From positions 512,001-576,000 of the forward strand of contig OY762911.1 in the NCBI GenBank assembly GCA_963666565.1: a stretch of DNA of 64,000 bases. Reading direction: 5' to 3'. A program made the position numbers and the translations under genes. Origin of the DNA: Thermoanaerobaculia bacterium. Its GTDB lineage: Bacteria > Acidobacteriota > Thermoanaerobaculia > Multivoradales > Multivoraceae. Under the pieces are notes generated by a model. The model did not search any database. It was not told the origin of the DNA and saw only the letters and a list, made by a program, of their open reading frames with translations. Below, in pieces: positions 1 through 8,765 of the stretch (within the stretch, counting starts at the first letter, position 1; each line of letters starts with the position of its first letter).

Positions 1-356
1 CGCACGATGGCCAGCACCGAGAGGCCCGAGAGGTCGACCCCGTCCCAGCCGCCCTCCTCGATCCGCCAGGCCATGACCGCCTCGTTGCCCACGAGCCCGA
101 CCTCCGAGTTGGCGAAGCAGGGCCCGGTGTAGACGTCGGCGGTGCGCGCCTCGACGTAGCTCCCCGCGACGCCGGCGGCCGCGGCCGCGGCCGCGGCCGC
201 GGCCGGCAGCAGGACGAGAAGCAGGGCCGCGACCGGCACGGCCGCCCGTCCACGAGCCGGCGCCTTGCGCCGGATGCCGGCCAGCGCGCCGGCGCACCCC
301 GTCCGGGCCGCGCAGGCGCTCGGCAGACGCTGACCAAGCAGTGAAGCGAATCTCAT
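1..356 (-). CDS. DUF1326-like secreted protein, 3' end outside the window
   Basis: Not in the ORF track. Manual translation from ATG 356, which overlaps the upstream stop (ATGA): hydrophobic and poly-Ala signal-like stretch, then GSYVEARTADVYTGPCFANSEVGLVGNEAVMAWRIEEGGWDGVDLSGLSVLAIV, which matches my recollection of DUF1326 proteins. Confidence 0.75.
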   Translation of the reverse strand, partial: MRFASLLGQRLPSACAARTGCAGALAGIRRKAPARGRAAVPVAALLLVLLPAAAAAAAAAAGVAGSYVEARTADVYTGPCFANSEVGLVGNEAVMAWRIEEGGWDGVDLSGLSVLAIV

Positions 357-613
357 GTCGGCAAGTCTCCGTTGCTGCGGCCGTGGCTCTCGAAGCAGCC
401 GCGGCCCTCCCGGCATCGTTCCCTGGACGCTACCGCGCCGTCGGGGCCGAGACAGTTCATGCTGTGGGTACACCAGACGAAGCCGTCGTCGATCTCGTGC
501 TGCGGGTCGACGTCGGCATCCGGCGGCGCCGGCGCCAGCGCCATGAACATCGTCTTCCACCGCAGCCTGCGGCAGAGTTGCGGCGTCCGGGCAGCGGGCA
601 ATCGGTCGGCCAT
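353..613 (-). CDS. small Cys-rich hypothetical protein (86 aa, 5 Cys)
   Basis: Fills the gap between the FAD-subunit stop (616) and the DUF1326 start, with an ATGA overlap; motifs LCRRLRWKTMF, WCTHSMNCLGPDG, RCREGRGCFE. Confidence 0.7.
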   Translation of the reverse strand: MADRLPAARTPQLCRRLRWKTMFMALAPAPPDADVDPQHEIDDGFVWCTHSMNCLGPDGAVASRERCREGRGCFESHGRSNGDLPT

Positions 614-615
614 CG

Positions 616-1593
616 CTATCGAATCTCCATCCCGGCGGCTCGCTCGAGCGCGCGCTTCGCCGCGGTCCGCGCAAGCTGGACCTTGTACCGGTTGCCGCTC
701 ATCGGCCGGGCGCCTTCCACCGCGGCCTCCGCGGCCGCGGCCATCGTCTCCGCCGTCAACTCCCGGCCAGCCAGCGAGTCGCCCGCGGCCGTCGCCAGGT
801 ACGGCGCCGGCGCCGCGTGACCCAGCACGATCCGGGCCAGCTCCACCCGCGTCCCGGAGCCGCGGAGCGCGACCGCGGCCGTCATCAGCGGCCAGTCCAG
901 CGAGCGGCGCTGCCGGACTTCGTACACGGCCGACCGGGATCCGCCGACGTTCGCTTCGACGCCGGCGAGGAGCTCGCCCGGGGCCAGCGTGTTCTCGCGT
1001 TCTCCCGGGGCCTGGGGCGCCCGGTACAGCGCCTCCACCGGCAGCCGGCGTTCACCGGCCGGCCCGTGCACCACCGCTTCGGCCCCGAGCGCGACCAGCA
1101 GCGGCGCCAAGCCGGAGGGATGGACGAAGCGGGCCTCGCCCTCCGGGAAGATCGCGTGGTAGCGGTTGTCGCCCGCCGCCACCATCGAGCTGCCGTCCGC
1201 CGCCAGCGCCAGCAGGCCGAAGCCCCGCCGGTAGTACCAGCAGCGGGGACGCTGCAGCAGGTCGCCGCCGACCGTGCCCATCTCCCGCAACTGCGGGCTG
1301 GCCACGCCGTCGATGGCGACCGCGAGCGCCGGCAGGGCGGCTATCGCTTCTTCGCGATCGCGCAACTCCTGCAGCGTCGTCATCGCACCGATCCGGAGCG
1401 CGCCGCCGTCCACTTCGATGCCCGAAAGCCCCGCGACTCCCCGAAGAGCGACCAGCCGGTCGACCCTCTCGACGTCGTCCTTCAGCAGGCCAAGCAGGTC
1501 CGTGCCGCCGGCCAGCGCCTCGCTGCCCTCCGCTTCGAGCAGGCTCACCGCCTGCTCCACGGTCGCCGGCGCGGCGTAGGCGAAGGGGCGCAT
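616..1593 (-). CDS. xanthine dehydrogenase family FAD-binding subunit (PaoB/YagS-like)
   Basis: True start MRPFAYAAP at 1593, overlapping the upstream stop; LAGGTDL, ASPQLREMGTVGGDLLQRPRCWYYR and NRYKVQLA motifs. Confidence 0.92.
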   Translation of the reverse strand: MRPFAYAAPATVEQAVSLLEAEGSEALAGGTDLLGLLKDDVERVDRLVALRGVAGLSGIEVDGGALRIGAMTTLQELRDREEAIAALPALAVAIDGVASPQLREMGTVGGDLLQRPRCWYYRRGFGLLALAADGSSMVAAGDNRYHAIFPEGEARFVHPSGLAPLLVALGAEAVVHGPAGERRLPVEALYRAPQAPGERENTLAPGELLAGVEANVGGSRSAVYEVRQRRSLDWPLMTAAVALRGSGTRVELARIVLGHAAPAPYLATAAGDSLAGRELTAETMAAAAEAAVEGARPMSGNRYKVQLARTAAKRALERAAGMEIR

Positions 1594-3722
1594 CAGGCTG
1601 GCCCTCCGCGTCCGGCCAGCGCGTCCAGCACCCGGTCGGGCGTCAGCGGCAGGTAGGGCACCCGGACGCCGATCGCGTTCGCCACCGCGTTGCCGATGGC
1701 GGCGCCGGGCGAGATGACCGGCGGTTCGCCCAGGCCGATCACGCCGCGGTCTTCGTAGCCCGGGCCGGTCATCATGTGGACCTCGAGCGACCCGACGTCG
1801 ACCAGGCCGGCCAGCTTGTAGAACTCCATGTCCGCGTTGAGCAGCCGGCCGCTCACGGGGTCCGGAATCCACTCCTCGTAGAGCGCGTAGCCGACGCCCA
1901 TGATCAGACCGCCGTAGACCTGGCTCTCGGCCAGCCGCCGATTGACGATCAGGCCGCAGTCCTGGACCGCGATCATCCGCTCGACCTGGACCACGCCGGT
2001 CTCCATGTCGACCTCCACCTCGGCGATCTGGACGCCGCCGACGCCGCTCGAGATCAGCCGGCCGGGGCCGGGGTTCCGCCCCTGGACGCCGATGGGCGCG
2101 CCACCGATCGACGCCGCCGCCTCCCGCCACGAGATGCCGCGCGAGGGGTCGCCGTCCACGAACACGCGGCCGCCCTCGGCGACGAGTCGCTCCGGCTCGG
2201 CCTCCAGCCGCGGCGCGACGTGGACGAGCACCTCGCGCAGCGCATCCTGAGCAGCCCGCCGGGTCGAGGCGGTCACTCCGCCGACCGTCGAACTGCCACC
2301 GGACGGGCCCGACTGCGGATACACGTTGTCGCCCAGCGACACCTTCACCTGGTCCAGTTCAAGGCCGAACGTCTCGGCCAGTACCTGGCCCACGATCGTG
2401 CGCGTCCCCGTGCCGATGTCCTGGCTGCCGATCCGCGCCTCGACCGCACCGTCCGGATGAACCGTCACGTCGCAGTTGCTCGAGTGCCCGCGCCCGCCCC
2501 AGGTATGGATCGAGACGCCGAGCCCGCGCTGCACCGCGCCCTCGCGCGTTCGTCCGCGCGGCTGCCAGCGCTCCTTCCAGGACGCCATCTCGGCGGCGAT
2601 CGCCAGTTCCTCCCGGTAGGTGTCCGCCCGGCCGGTCAGGTCCAGGTTCCGCTCGAGAAAGTCGATCGGGTCGAGACCGAGTTCGTCCGCCAGGTCGTCC
2701 AGCACGGACATCGTCAGGAAGCAGGCCTGCGGATGGTTCGGCGCCCGCCAGGCCCTCGAACCGGCCAGGTTCGTGGGCACGGAGGTGTGGCGCAGGCGCC
2801 GGTTCGGCACCCGGCTGAAGACGTACGGCAGGGGCGTCTGGCCGGTGCCCGGCAGTCCTCCCGATCCCCAGGAGTCCGAGTCCCAGGCCACCAGTTTGCC
2901 TTGCTCGTCGGCCGCCGCCCGGATGCAGGCGAAGGCGGAGGGCCGGCTGCCGGCGACGGTGACTTCCTGGTCCCGCTCGAGGAAGAGCTTTACCGGCGCG
3001 CCCGCCTCGCGCGCCAGTTCGGCGCCGACGATGCCCCACCGGTCGGGCGAGAACTTGGAACCGAAGCCGCCGCCCATGTACTCGGTGCGGATCCGCACCT
3101 GGCTCGCCGGTACGCCGAGTTCCGTGGCGAACTGCCCGGCGAGGGTCGAGACCGCCTGGGTCGAGGCGTGAACCTCCAGTTCGTCGCCGTCCCAGGAGCA
3201 GACCTGGCCGTGCGGCTCCAGGCACATGTGGGCCATCTGCGGCATGCCGAGCGTCCGCTCGACCGTGCGATGCGCGGCGGCGAAGGCGGCGTCGGGGTCG
3301 CCCTCCGTCCGCTCGCCGGCCGCGCTGGCGCCGGGCGCCCGATCGCGATCCTCCTCCGTGACGAAGTGCGGCAGGACCTCGTAGTCCACGCGAATCGCCC
3401 GCACCGCGTCCCGAGCGATGTCCTCGGTCTCGGCGGCGACGGCCGCGATCTCGTCCCCGGCCCACTGGATCTCGGCGCCCTCGCCCTGGATCACCTGGAC
3501 CACCCGGACGCCGGGCATGGCCTCGGCGGCCGAGACGTCGATCCCGGCGATCCGCGCGTGGGCGTGCGGGCAGGTCAGGATCCTGGCCGCCAGCAGGCCC
3601 GGCGGGTTCTGGTCGGACGGGTACTTCGCGAACCCGGTCGACTTGACCGGCCCGTCCAGCCGCGCCGGCCGGGCGCCGATCTGGGCCCGGCGATCCGCCT
3701 CGGGCCAGGAGTAGTCAGCCAC
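1593..3722 (-). CDS. xanthine dehydrogenase family molybdopterin-binding subunit (PaoC/YagR-like)
   Basis: HMCLEPH, YMGGGFGSK, AWRAPNHPQ, QDIGTG, SGGSST and IGLGEPP motifs; 709 aa. Confidence 0.95.
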   Translation of the reverse strand: MADYSWPEADRRAQIGARPARLDGPVKSTGFAKYPSDQNPPGLLAARILTCPHAHARIAGIDVSAAEAMPGVRVVQVIQGEGAEIQWAGDEIAAVAAETEDIARDAVRAIRVDYEVLPHFVTEEDRDRAPGASAAGERTEGDPDAAFAAAHRTVERTLGMPQMAHMCLEPHGQVCSWDGDELEVHASTQAVSTLAGQFATELGVPASQVRIRTEYMGGGFGSKFSPDRWGIVGAELAREAGAPVKLFLERDQEVTVAGSRPSAFACIRAAADEQGKLVAWDSDSWGSGGLPGTGQTPLPYVFSRVPNRRLRHTSVPTNLAGSRAWRAPNHPQACFLTMSVLDDLADELGLDPIDFLERNLDLTGRADTYREELAIAAEMASWKERWQPRGRTREGAVQRGLGVSIHTWGGRGHSSNCDVTVHPDGAVEARIGSQDIGTGTRTIVGQVLAETFGLELDQVKVSLGDNVYPQSGPSGGSSTVGGVTASTRRAAQDALREVLVHVAPRLEAEPERLVAEGGRVFVDGDPSRGISWREAAASIGGAPIGVQGRNPGPGRLISSGVGGVQIAEVEVDMETGVVQVERMIAVQDCGLIVNRRLAESQVYGGLIMGVGYALYEEWIPDPVSGRLLNADMEFYKLAGLVDVGSLEVHMMTGPGYEDRGVIGLGEPPVISPGAAIGNAVANAIGVRVPYLPLTPDRVLDALAGRGGPA

Positions 3723-4368
3723 GGCTCGCTCCGCCGGTCACGCCCCCGGCCACGACGTCCCGGATGCCCTTGTAGGTCCCGCAGCGGCAGAAGTTGCCGC
3801 CCAGGCCCGCTTCGATCTCCGGCTCGGAGGGGTCCGGGTGACGGTCGAGCAGCGCCGCCGCCGCCACGACGAAGCCGGGCGTGCAGTAGCCGCACTGCTG
3901 GGCGTCGTTCTCCACGAACGCGCGCTGCACGTCGTGCATCGCGTCCGGCGAGCCAAGGCCCTCGACCGTCACGATGCCGCGGCCCGCCGACTCGATCATC
4001 AGCCGGCTGCAGGCATAGATCGGGCGGCCGTCCTCGAGCACGGTGCAGGCGCCGCAGGTTCCGCGGTCGCAGACCCGCTTGGGACCGGTCACGTCCAGCC
4101 GGTCGCGCAGACCGTCGAGCAGGGTGACCCGCGGTTCCACCGCCAGCCGGCGCGCGGCGCCGTTCACTTCGAGTTCGATCTCGACCGCGCCCGGGCCGAC
4201 CGTTTCCGCCGCGTCCGCGTCGTTCGCGGCCGCGGCCCCGGCGGCCTCGCCGCCCAGAAGGCCGCCGGCAAGACCGCCCGAGAGCGCGCCCGCCGCGCCG
4301 CCGCGCAGGAACGACCGGCGAGAGAATCCTGACCGCTTTGCGTCGTCCGTCACGCGCCTGCCCTTCAT
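3715..4368 (-). CDS. (2Fe-2S)-binding subunit with Tat signal (PaoA/YagT-like)
   Basis: SRRSFLRG twin-arginine motif; CDRGTCGACTV, QCGYCTPG and NFCRCG cluster motifs. Confidence 0.95.
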   Translation of the reverse strand: MKGRRVTDDAKRSGFSRRSFLRGGAAGALSGGLAGGLLGGEAAGAAAANDADAAETVGPGAVEIELEVNGAARRLAVEPRVTLLDGLRDRLDVTGPKRVCDRGTCGACTVLEDGRPIYACSRLMIESAGRGIVTVEGLGSPDAMHDVQRAFVENDAQQCGYCTPGFVVAAAALLDRHPDPSEPEIEAGLGGNFCRCGTYKGIRDVVAGGVTGGASRG

Positions 4369-4434
4369 TCGTGCGAAGTGGAACCCGCCACTGTACCAGT
4401 TGGCGCGCCGCCAACGTCCCTACGGGTGTCCGCT

Positions 4435-4474
4435 GGGTGCGCGGGTCTTCCGACCCGCTGCCGCCGAAGGCGGC
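4435..4474 (+). repeat. REP-like palindrome, family A (GGGTGCGCGGGTCTTCCGACCCGC plus GCCGCCGAAGGCGGC hairpin)
   Basis: Hairpin GCGGGTC-TTCC-GACCCGC; the same unit recurs at 9916-10059, 13109-13156, 29125-29147 (reverse) and 55498-55520. Confidence 0.85.
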
Positions 4475-4517
4475 CAGTTCCATGGACGGCGACGCTGCGA
4501 TCCCGCAGCGTCGACTC

Positions 4518-5639
4518 CTACGAACTCGCGCCCGCGTCGCGGCGCCGAAGCCGGCGGCACACCTCGACGAACTGCGCCAGCCCGTCCGCGGTCAGCATGC
4601 CCTGCAGTTCGTGGTCGCGAACGACCCAGAGCGCCCGCGCCGGGCTTTGCAGCTCCCGCAGCACGTCCAGCAGGTCGCAATCCTCGGCCACCGTCCGCGG
4701 CTCGCGGTTCATCAGTTCCAGCAGCGGCGTGTCGGCCGGGAAGCGGGCCATCAACTCGAGCAGGCGGTCGCGGTCCACTTCGCCGGCCACCCGTCCCCAG
4801 CCGTCGACCACCGGGAACTGCCGCTGGGTGGTCGAGAGCAGCAGGCGGACCGCCCACTCGATCGTGTCCTGGGGCGCCAGGCGCTCGCAGCGCGTCATCA
4901 TCGCCTCGCGCGCCCGGCGGCCCTGCAGCGCCTGGAGCGTCTTGACCAGGGACGACTCCCGGCTCGCCCCCAGCAGAACGAAGAACGCCGTCAGGATGAG
5001 GAACAGGTTGAACGCCAACCCCATCTGCCAGGGAACCAGAGCCGCCAGGCCGAGAAGGCCGGCGAGCAACATGCCCAGGCGGGTCGCCACCTTCGTCGCC
5101 CGCTCCTGGCCCATGGCGAACGAGAGCGCCGAGCGGAGGATGCGGCCGCCGTCCAGCGGGAACGCGGGCAGCAGGTTGAGCCCGAACAGGCACAGGTTGC
5201 CGACCAGCAGCCACTGCAGCGCCGACGCCACGTCGATCACCGGCCCGGCGCCCAGCGCCGGCAGTCCCGCGGCCGTCAGCCCGACGAAGAGCACGATCGC
5301 CAGCGCCAGGTTGAGGAGCGGGCCGGCGGCCGCGATCGCCAGCTCCACCATGCCCTTCGGGTAGCCGTCCAGGCGGGCGACGCCGCAGACCGGCGTGAGG
5401 ACGATCTCCTTCGTCTCGATGCCGAAGCGGCGCGCCGTGAGGGCATGGCCGAGTTCGTGGACGATGACGCTCATCAGCAGGCCCACGACGACGAACGCCA
5501 GGAGGACGGCGCTGCTGCCCATGTCCGGCGCCAGCACCGCGAGCCAGATGAGCAGGAGGATGAACGTGAAGTGGATCCGCACCTGAATCCCGAACAGGGT
5601 CAGCATGTGGAAGGCGAGGCTGCGGACGAAAGGTCTCAT
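4518..5639 (-). CDS. site-2 protease (M50) with C-terminal CBS domains
   Basis: Start MRPFVRSL at 5639 (ATGA overlap); HELGH and NLLPAFPLDGG motifs, several TM helices, CBS pair. Confidence 0.93.
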   Translation of the reverse strand: MRPFVRSLAFHMLTLFGIQVRIHFTFILLLIWLAVLAPDMGSSAVLLAFVVVGLLMSVIVHELGHALTARRFGIETKEIVLTPVCGVARLDGYPKGMVELAIAAAGPLLNLALAIVLFVGLTAAGLPALGAGPVIDVASALQWLLVGNLCLFGLNLLPAFPLDGGRILRSALSFAMGQERATKVATRLGMLLAGLLGLAALVPWQMGLAFNLFLILTAFFVLLGASRESSLVKTLQALQGRRAREAMMTRCERLAPQDTIEWAVRLLLSTTQRQFPVVDGWGRVAGEVDRDRLLELMARFPADTPLLELMNREPRTVAEDCDLLDVLRELQSPARALWVVRDHELQGMLTADGLAQFVEVCRRLRRRDAGASS

Positions 5640-6838
5640 CCCGCGCGGCCTCCGGCGGCCAGGGACGGCGCCGCGTCCGCGGTCGAACGGCCCAGAACGC
5701 GGACGATGCCTTCGATCCCGGAAGCCAGCGCCTCGTCGGCGCAGGCGAAGGAGATGCGGATGTGACCCTCGCAGCCGAAGGCGGAACCCGGCGTGACGGC
5801 GACCCGGGCCTCGTCCAGCAGGCGGCGGCAGAGGGAAGCCGAATCGGGACACGACTCGTCCAGGCAGGCCGTCACGTCCGGGAAGGCGTAGAAGGCGCCG
5901 GCCGGAGGCGGGCAGACCACCCCGGGCGCCCGCGCCAACTCCCGCAGCACGAGTTCCCGGCGGCGCGCGCAAGCCGCGACGAGCGCCGCCGACTCGGGCG
6001 GCTCCTCCGCCAGGACCGCTTCGGCTCCCGCCATCGCGAAGGAGGTCGCGTTCGAGGTCACGTGGCTCTGGACGGCGGCCGCCGCGGCCACCACCTCGGC
6101 CGAACCGAGCAGGTAGCCCACCCGCCAGCCGGTCATCGCGTAGCTCTTCGAGAAGGAGCCGACGAGCACCACCGTCTCCGGGTAGCGCTCCGCCAGCGCC
6201 GCGACGCTGGCGTGGCGCCGGCCGTCGTAGACGAAGCGCTCGTACGTCTCGTCGGAAATCAGGAGCGCTCCCCGCGCGGCGCAGGCCGAAGCCAAGCGCT
6301 CCAGATCGAGGGTGGAGGCGACGGCGCCGGTCGGATTGCATGGCGTGTTGACGATCACCGCCCGGGTCCGGTCCGTCATCGCCGCGATCAGGGGCCGCGC
6401 CCGGATGGCGAACCCGTCCTCCGGCGCCATCGGCACGGCGACCGCCTCGGCGCCGGCGAGCCGCACCTGGGCCGGGATGCTGACCCAGGCCGGAGTCGGT
6501 ACGACAGCCTCGTCGCCGGGACCCAGGAACGCCTGCGCGAGTTCGTACAGGGCCGCCTTGGCGCCCACGGCGACCAGCGCGTTGGCGGCGGTCCACGGCG
6601 CTCCCTCGGCGCGATACCGCTCCGCCAGAGCGCCTCTCAATTCGGCCGTCCCCTCCAGCACCGTATACTTCGTCCGGCCCTCGTCGAGGGCTCGCCGGGC
6701 AGCTTTCACGGCAGTCTCCGGCGAGGGGAAGTCCGGCTCTCCGGCGCCCAGGTCGAGGACCTCGACTCCCTCGCGGCGAAGCTCGGCAACCCGCCGGGAA
6801 ACCGCCATCGTGGCCGACTCGCGCTCACCGGAAGGCAT
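5636..6838 (-). CDS. PLP-dependent aminotransferase class I/II (aspartate aminotransferase-like)
   Basis: GAGEPDF, NTPCNPTG, SDETY and SFSKSYAMTGWRVGY motifs; start placed at ATG 6838. Confidence 0.93.
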   Translation of the reverse strand: MPSGERESATMAVSRRVAELRREGVEVLDLGAGEPDFPSPETAVKAARRALDEGRTKYTVLEGTAELRGALAERYRAEGAPWTAANALVAVGAKAALYELAQAFLGPGDEAVVPTPAWVSIPAQVRLAGAEAVAVPMAPEDGFAIRARPLIAAMTDRTRAVIVNTPCNPTGAVASTLDLERLASACAARGALLISDETYERFVYDGRRHASVAALAERYPETVVLVGSFSKSYAMTGWRVGYLLGSAEVVAAAAAVQSHVTSNATSFAMAGAEAVLAEEPPESAALVAACARRRELVLRELARAPGVVCPPPAGAFYAFPDVTACLDESCPDSASLCRRLLDEARVAVTPGSAFGCEGHIRISFACADEALASGIEGIVRVLGRSTADAAPSLAAGGRAG

Positions 6839-8747
6839 GAAGCAGGATCGTAACAGCAGCAAGGCGCTCGGGACGGGTTTCGTCCTCGCGGCGGCGCTGG
6901 GGCTGGCCGCGGCGGCGAGCGGACAGTTCAGGCCTCCGCCCAAGGCCTCCGTCGAGGCGGTCGCCGACCTCTCCTCCTACGCCGCCGGGACGCGCGCGCG
7001 GATCGCCGCCGTGGCGACCATCGACGACGGCTGGCACATCCAGAGCAACACGCCTAGCTTCGAGTACCTCATCCCGACCGAGCTCGCGCTGGAGCTGCCG
7101 GAAGGCTGGCCGGAACCCTCGGTCCGCTACCCCGCCCACGTCATGTGGCAGTCGCAATTCGAGGCGGACCCGCTCGCGGTCTACGAGTACGAAGCGGTCA
7201 TCCACGCGGAACTCGACCTGCCCGAGGACCTGGCCGCCGGTACGGTCGAGGCGCCGGTCGTGCTGCACTACCAGGCCTGCGACGACCTCGTCTGCCTGCC
7301 GCCGACGACCGCCGAGACGACGGTCCGCCTGGAGATCGGCGAGGCAGGCGAGCCGACGGGCCACCCCGCCTTCGAGGCCGCGCCGGCGCCGCCGTCGGGC
7401 GGGGGCGGCGGCATGAGCCTCCTCGCCGCGCTGATCCCGGCCCTGCTGGGCGGCCTGATTCTGAACGGCATGCCGTGCGTCCTGCCGATCGTCTCGCTCA
7501 AGCTCTTCGGGTTCGCCCAGGCGTCGGGCCGGCCCCGCCGGGAGATCGTGGGCGGCGCGCTGATGACGACGGTGGGCATCCTGGTCTCGTTCTGGGCACT
7601 GGCCGGCGCGACGCTCCTCGCCCGCTCGGCCGGGCAGGCGGTGGGATGGGGCATCCAGTTCCAGAACCCCGTGTTCGTGACCTTCCTGGCCCTGGTGCTC
7701 ACCCTGTTCACCCTGAACGTCTGGGGTCTGTTCGAGATCAATCTGCCGCACGCACTCGCCAACCGGCTGGGCGGCCATGGGCATGGGGGGCATTCGCACT
7801 CCGCGCCCGCCGCCGCCCACCGGGCCGGCGGCGGGGCCGGCTACTCCGGCCACTTCTTCTCCGGCGTGTTCGCCACCCTGATGGCCACGCCCTGCTCGGC
7901 GCCCTTCCTGGGCACCGCGGTCGGCTTCGCGCTGAGCCAGCCGGCGACCACGATCGTCTTCGTGTTCACCATGGTCGGGATCGGCCTCGCCACCCCGTAC
8001 CTGCTGCTGGCCGCCATGCCACGAGCCACGCGGCTGCTGCCCCGGCCCGGCGAGTGGATGGCGACGCTGCGAGGCGTGATGGGCTTTCTGATCGCCGGCA
8101 CGACGATCTGGCTGCTCTACGTGCTGGCGGCCCAGATGGACAGCGCCCGGCTCGCCTTCCTGGAGATCGGCCTGCTCACCCTGGCCCTCTTCATCTGGTT
8201 GCAGAGCCGGAGCCGGAAGATGAGGCTGCGCGTCTTCGGGCGCGCCGGCGCGGCCGCGGCGGCCGTCCTGGTGCTGCTGTTGGCGAACGGCGCGACCGCC
8301 CAGTCCCGCGGCCCCGGCGCCGCGGCGGGCGGCGTGCAGGTCCTGGACTGGGTGCCGTGGGACCCGGTCCAGGCCGAGACGCTCGCCGCCGAGGGCCGGC
8401 TTGTCTTCGTCGACGTCACCGCGGACTGGTGCGCGACCTGCAAGGTGAACGAGCGCCTGGTGCTCGAGACGGACGAGACGGCTGCGCTCTTCGACCGCTA
8501 CGAAGTGGTCGCGATGAAGGCCGACTGGACCAACCGGAACGACGACATTGCCCGCTACCTGGCGAGCTTCGGCCGCTACGGCATCCCGTTCTACGCGCTC
8601 TACCGGCCCGGCCAGGCGCCCCACGTGTTCAGCGAACTGCTGCGCGGCGGCCGACTGGAGGAAGCGGTCAGGAACTCGGCCGGCGACGGCACGGTAGGCA
8701 GCGGCACGGCCAGCGGCGGCGCAGTCGGCGGCGGACCCGCCGGCTGA
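6837..8747 (+). CDS. dsbD: DsbD-family protein-disulfide reductase (N-terminal domain, transmembrane domain, thioredoxin domain)
   Basis: Signal peptide; YQACDDLVCLPP, LNGMPCVLP, ATPCSAPFLG and DVTADWCATCKVNE motifs. Confidence 0.9.
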   Translation: MKQDRNSSKALGTGFVLAAALGLAAAASGQFRPPPKASVEAVADLSSYAAGTRARIAAVATIDDGWHIQSNTPSFEYLIPTELALELPEGWPEPSVRYPAHVMWQSQFEADPLAVYEYEAVIHAELDLPEDLAAGTVEAPVVLHYQACDDLVCLPPTTAETTVRLEIGEAGEPTGHPAFEAAPAPPSGGGGGMSLLAALIPALLGGLILNGMPCVLPIVSLKLFGFAQASGRPRREIVGGALMTTVGILVSFWALAGATLLARSAGQAVGWGIQFQNPVFVTFLALVLTLFTLNVWGLFEINLPHALANRLGGHGHGGHSHSAPAAAHRAGGGAGYSGHFFSGVFATLMATPCSAPFLGTAVGFALSQPATTIVFVFTMVGIGLATPYLLLAAMPRATRLLPRPGEWMATLRGVMGFLIAGTTIWLLYVLAAQMDSARLAFLEIGLLTLALFIWLQSRSRKMRLRVFGRAGAAAAAVLVLLLANGATAQSRGPGAAAGGVQVLDWVPWDPVQAETLAAEGRLVFVDVTADWCATCKVNERLVLETDETAALFDRYEVVAMKADWTNRNDDIARYLASFGRYGIPFYALYRPGQAPHVFSELLRGGRLEEAVRNSAGDGTVGSGTASGGAVGGGPAG

Positions 8748-8765
8748 GCGCAACCGCGGCCACGC

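Noticed and set aside
372-4127. Very long shadow ORFs (for example 372-4127 +, 25046-28681 -, 39408-42548 +, 33256-35715 -, 59303-61660 +)
   Set aside because: Arg/Pro/Ala-rich or antisense frames over well-supported genes; expected from stop-codon scarcity at high GC.
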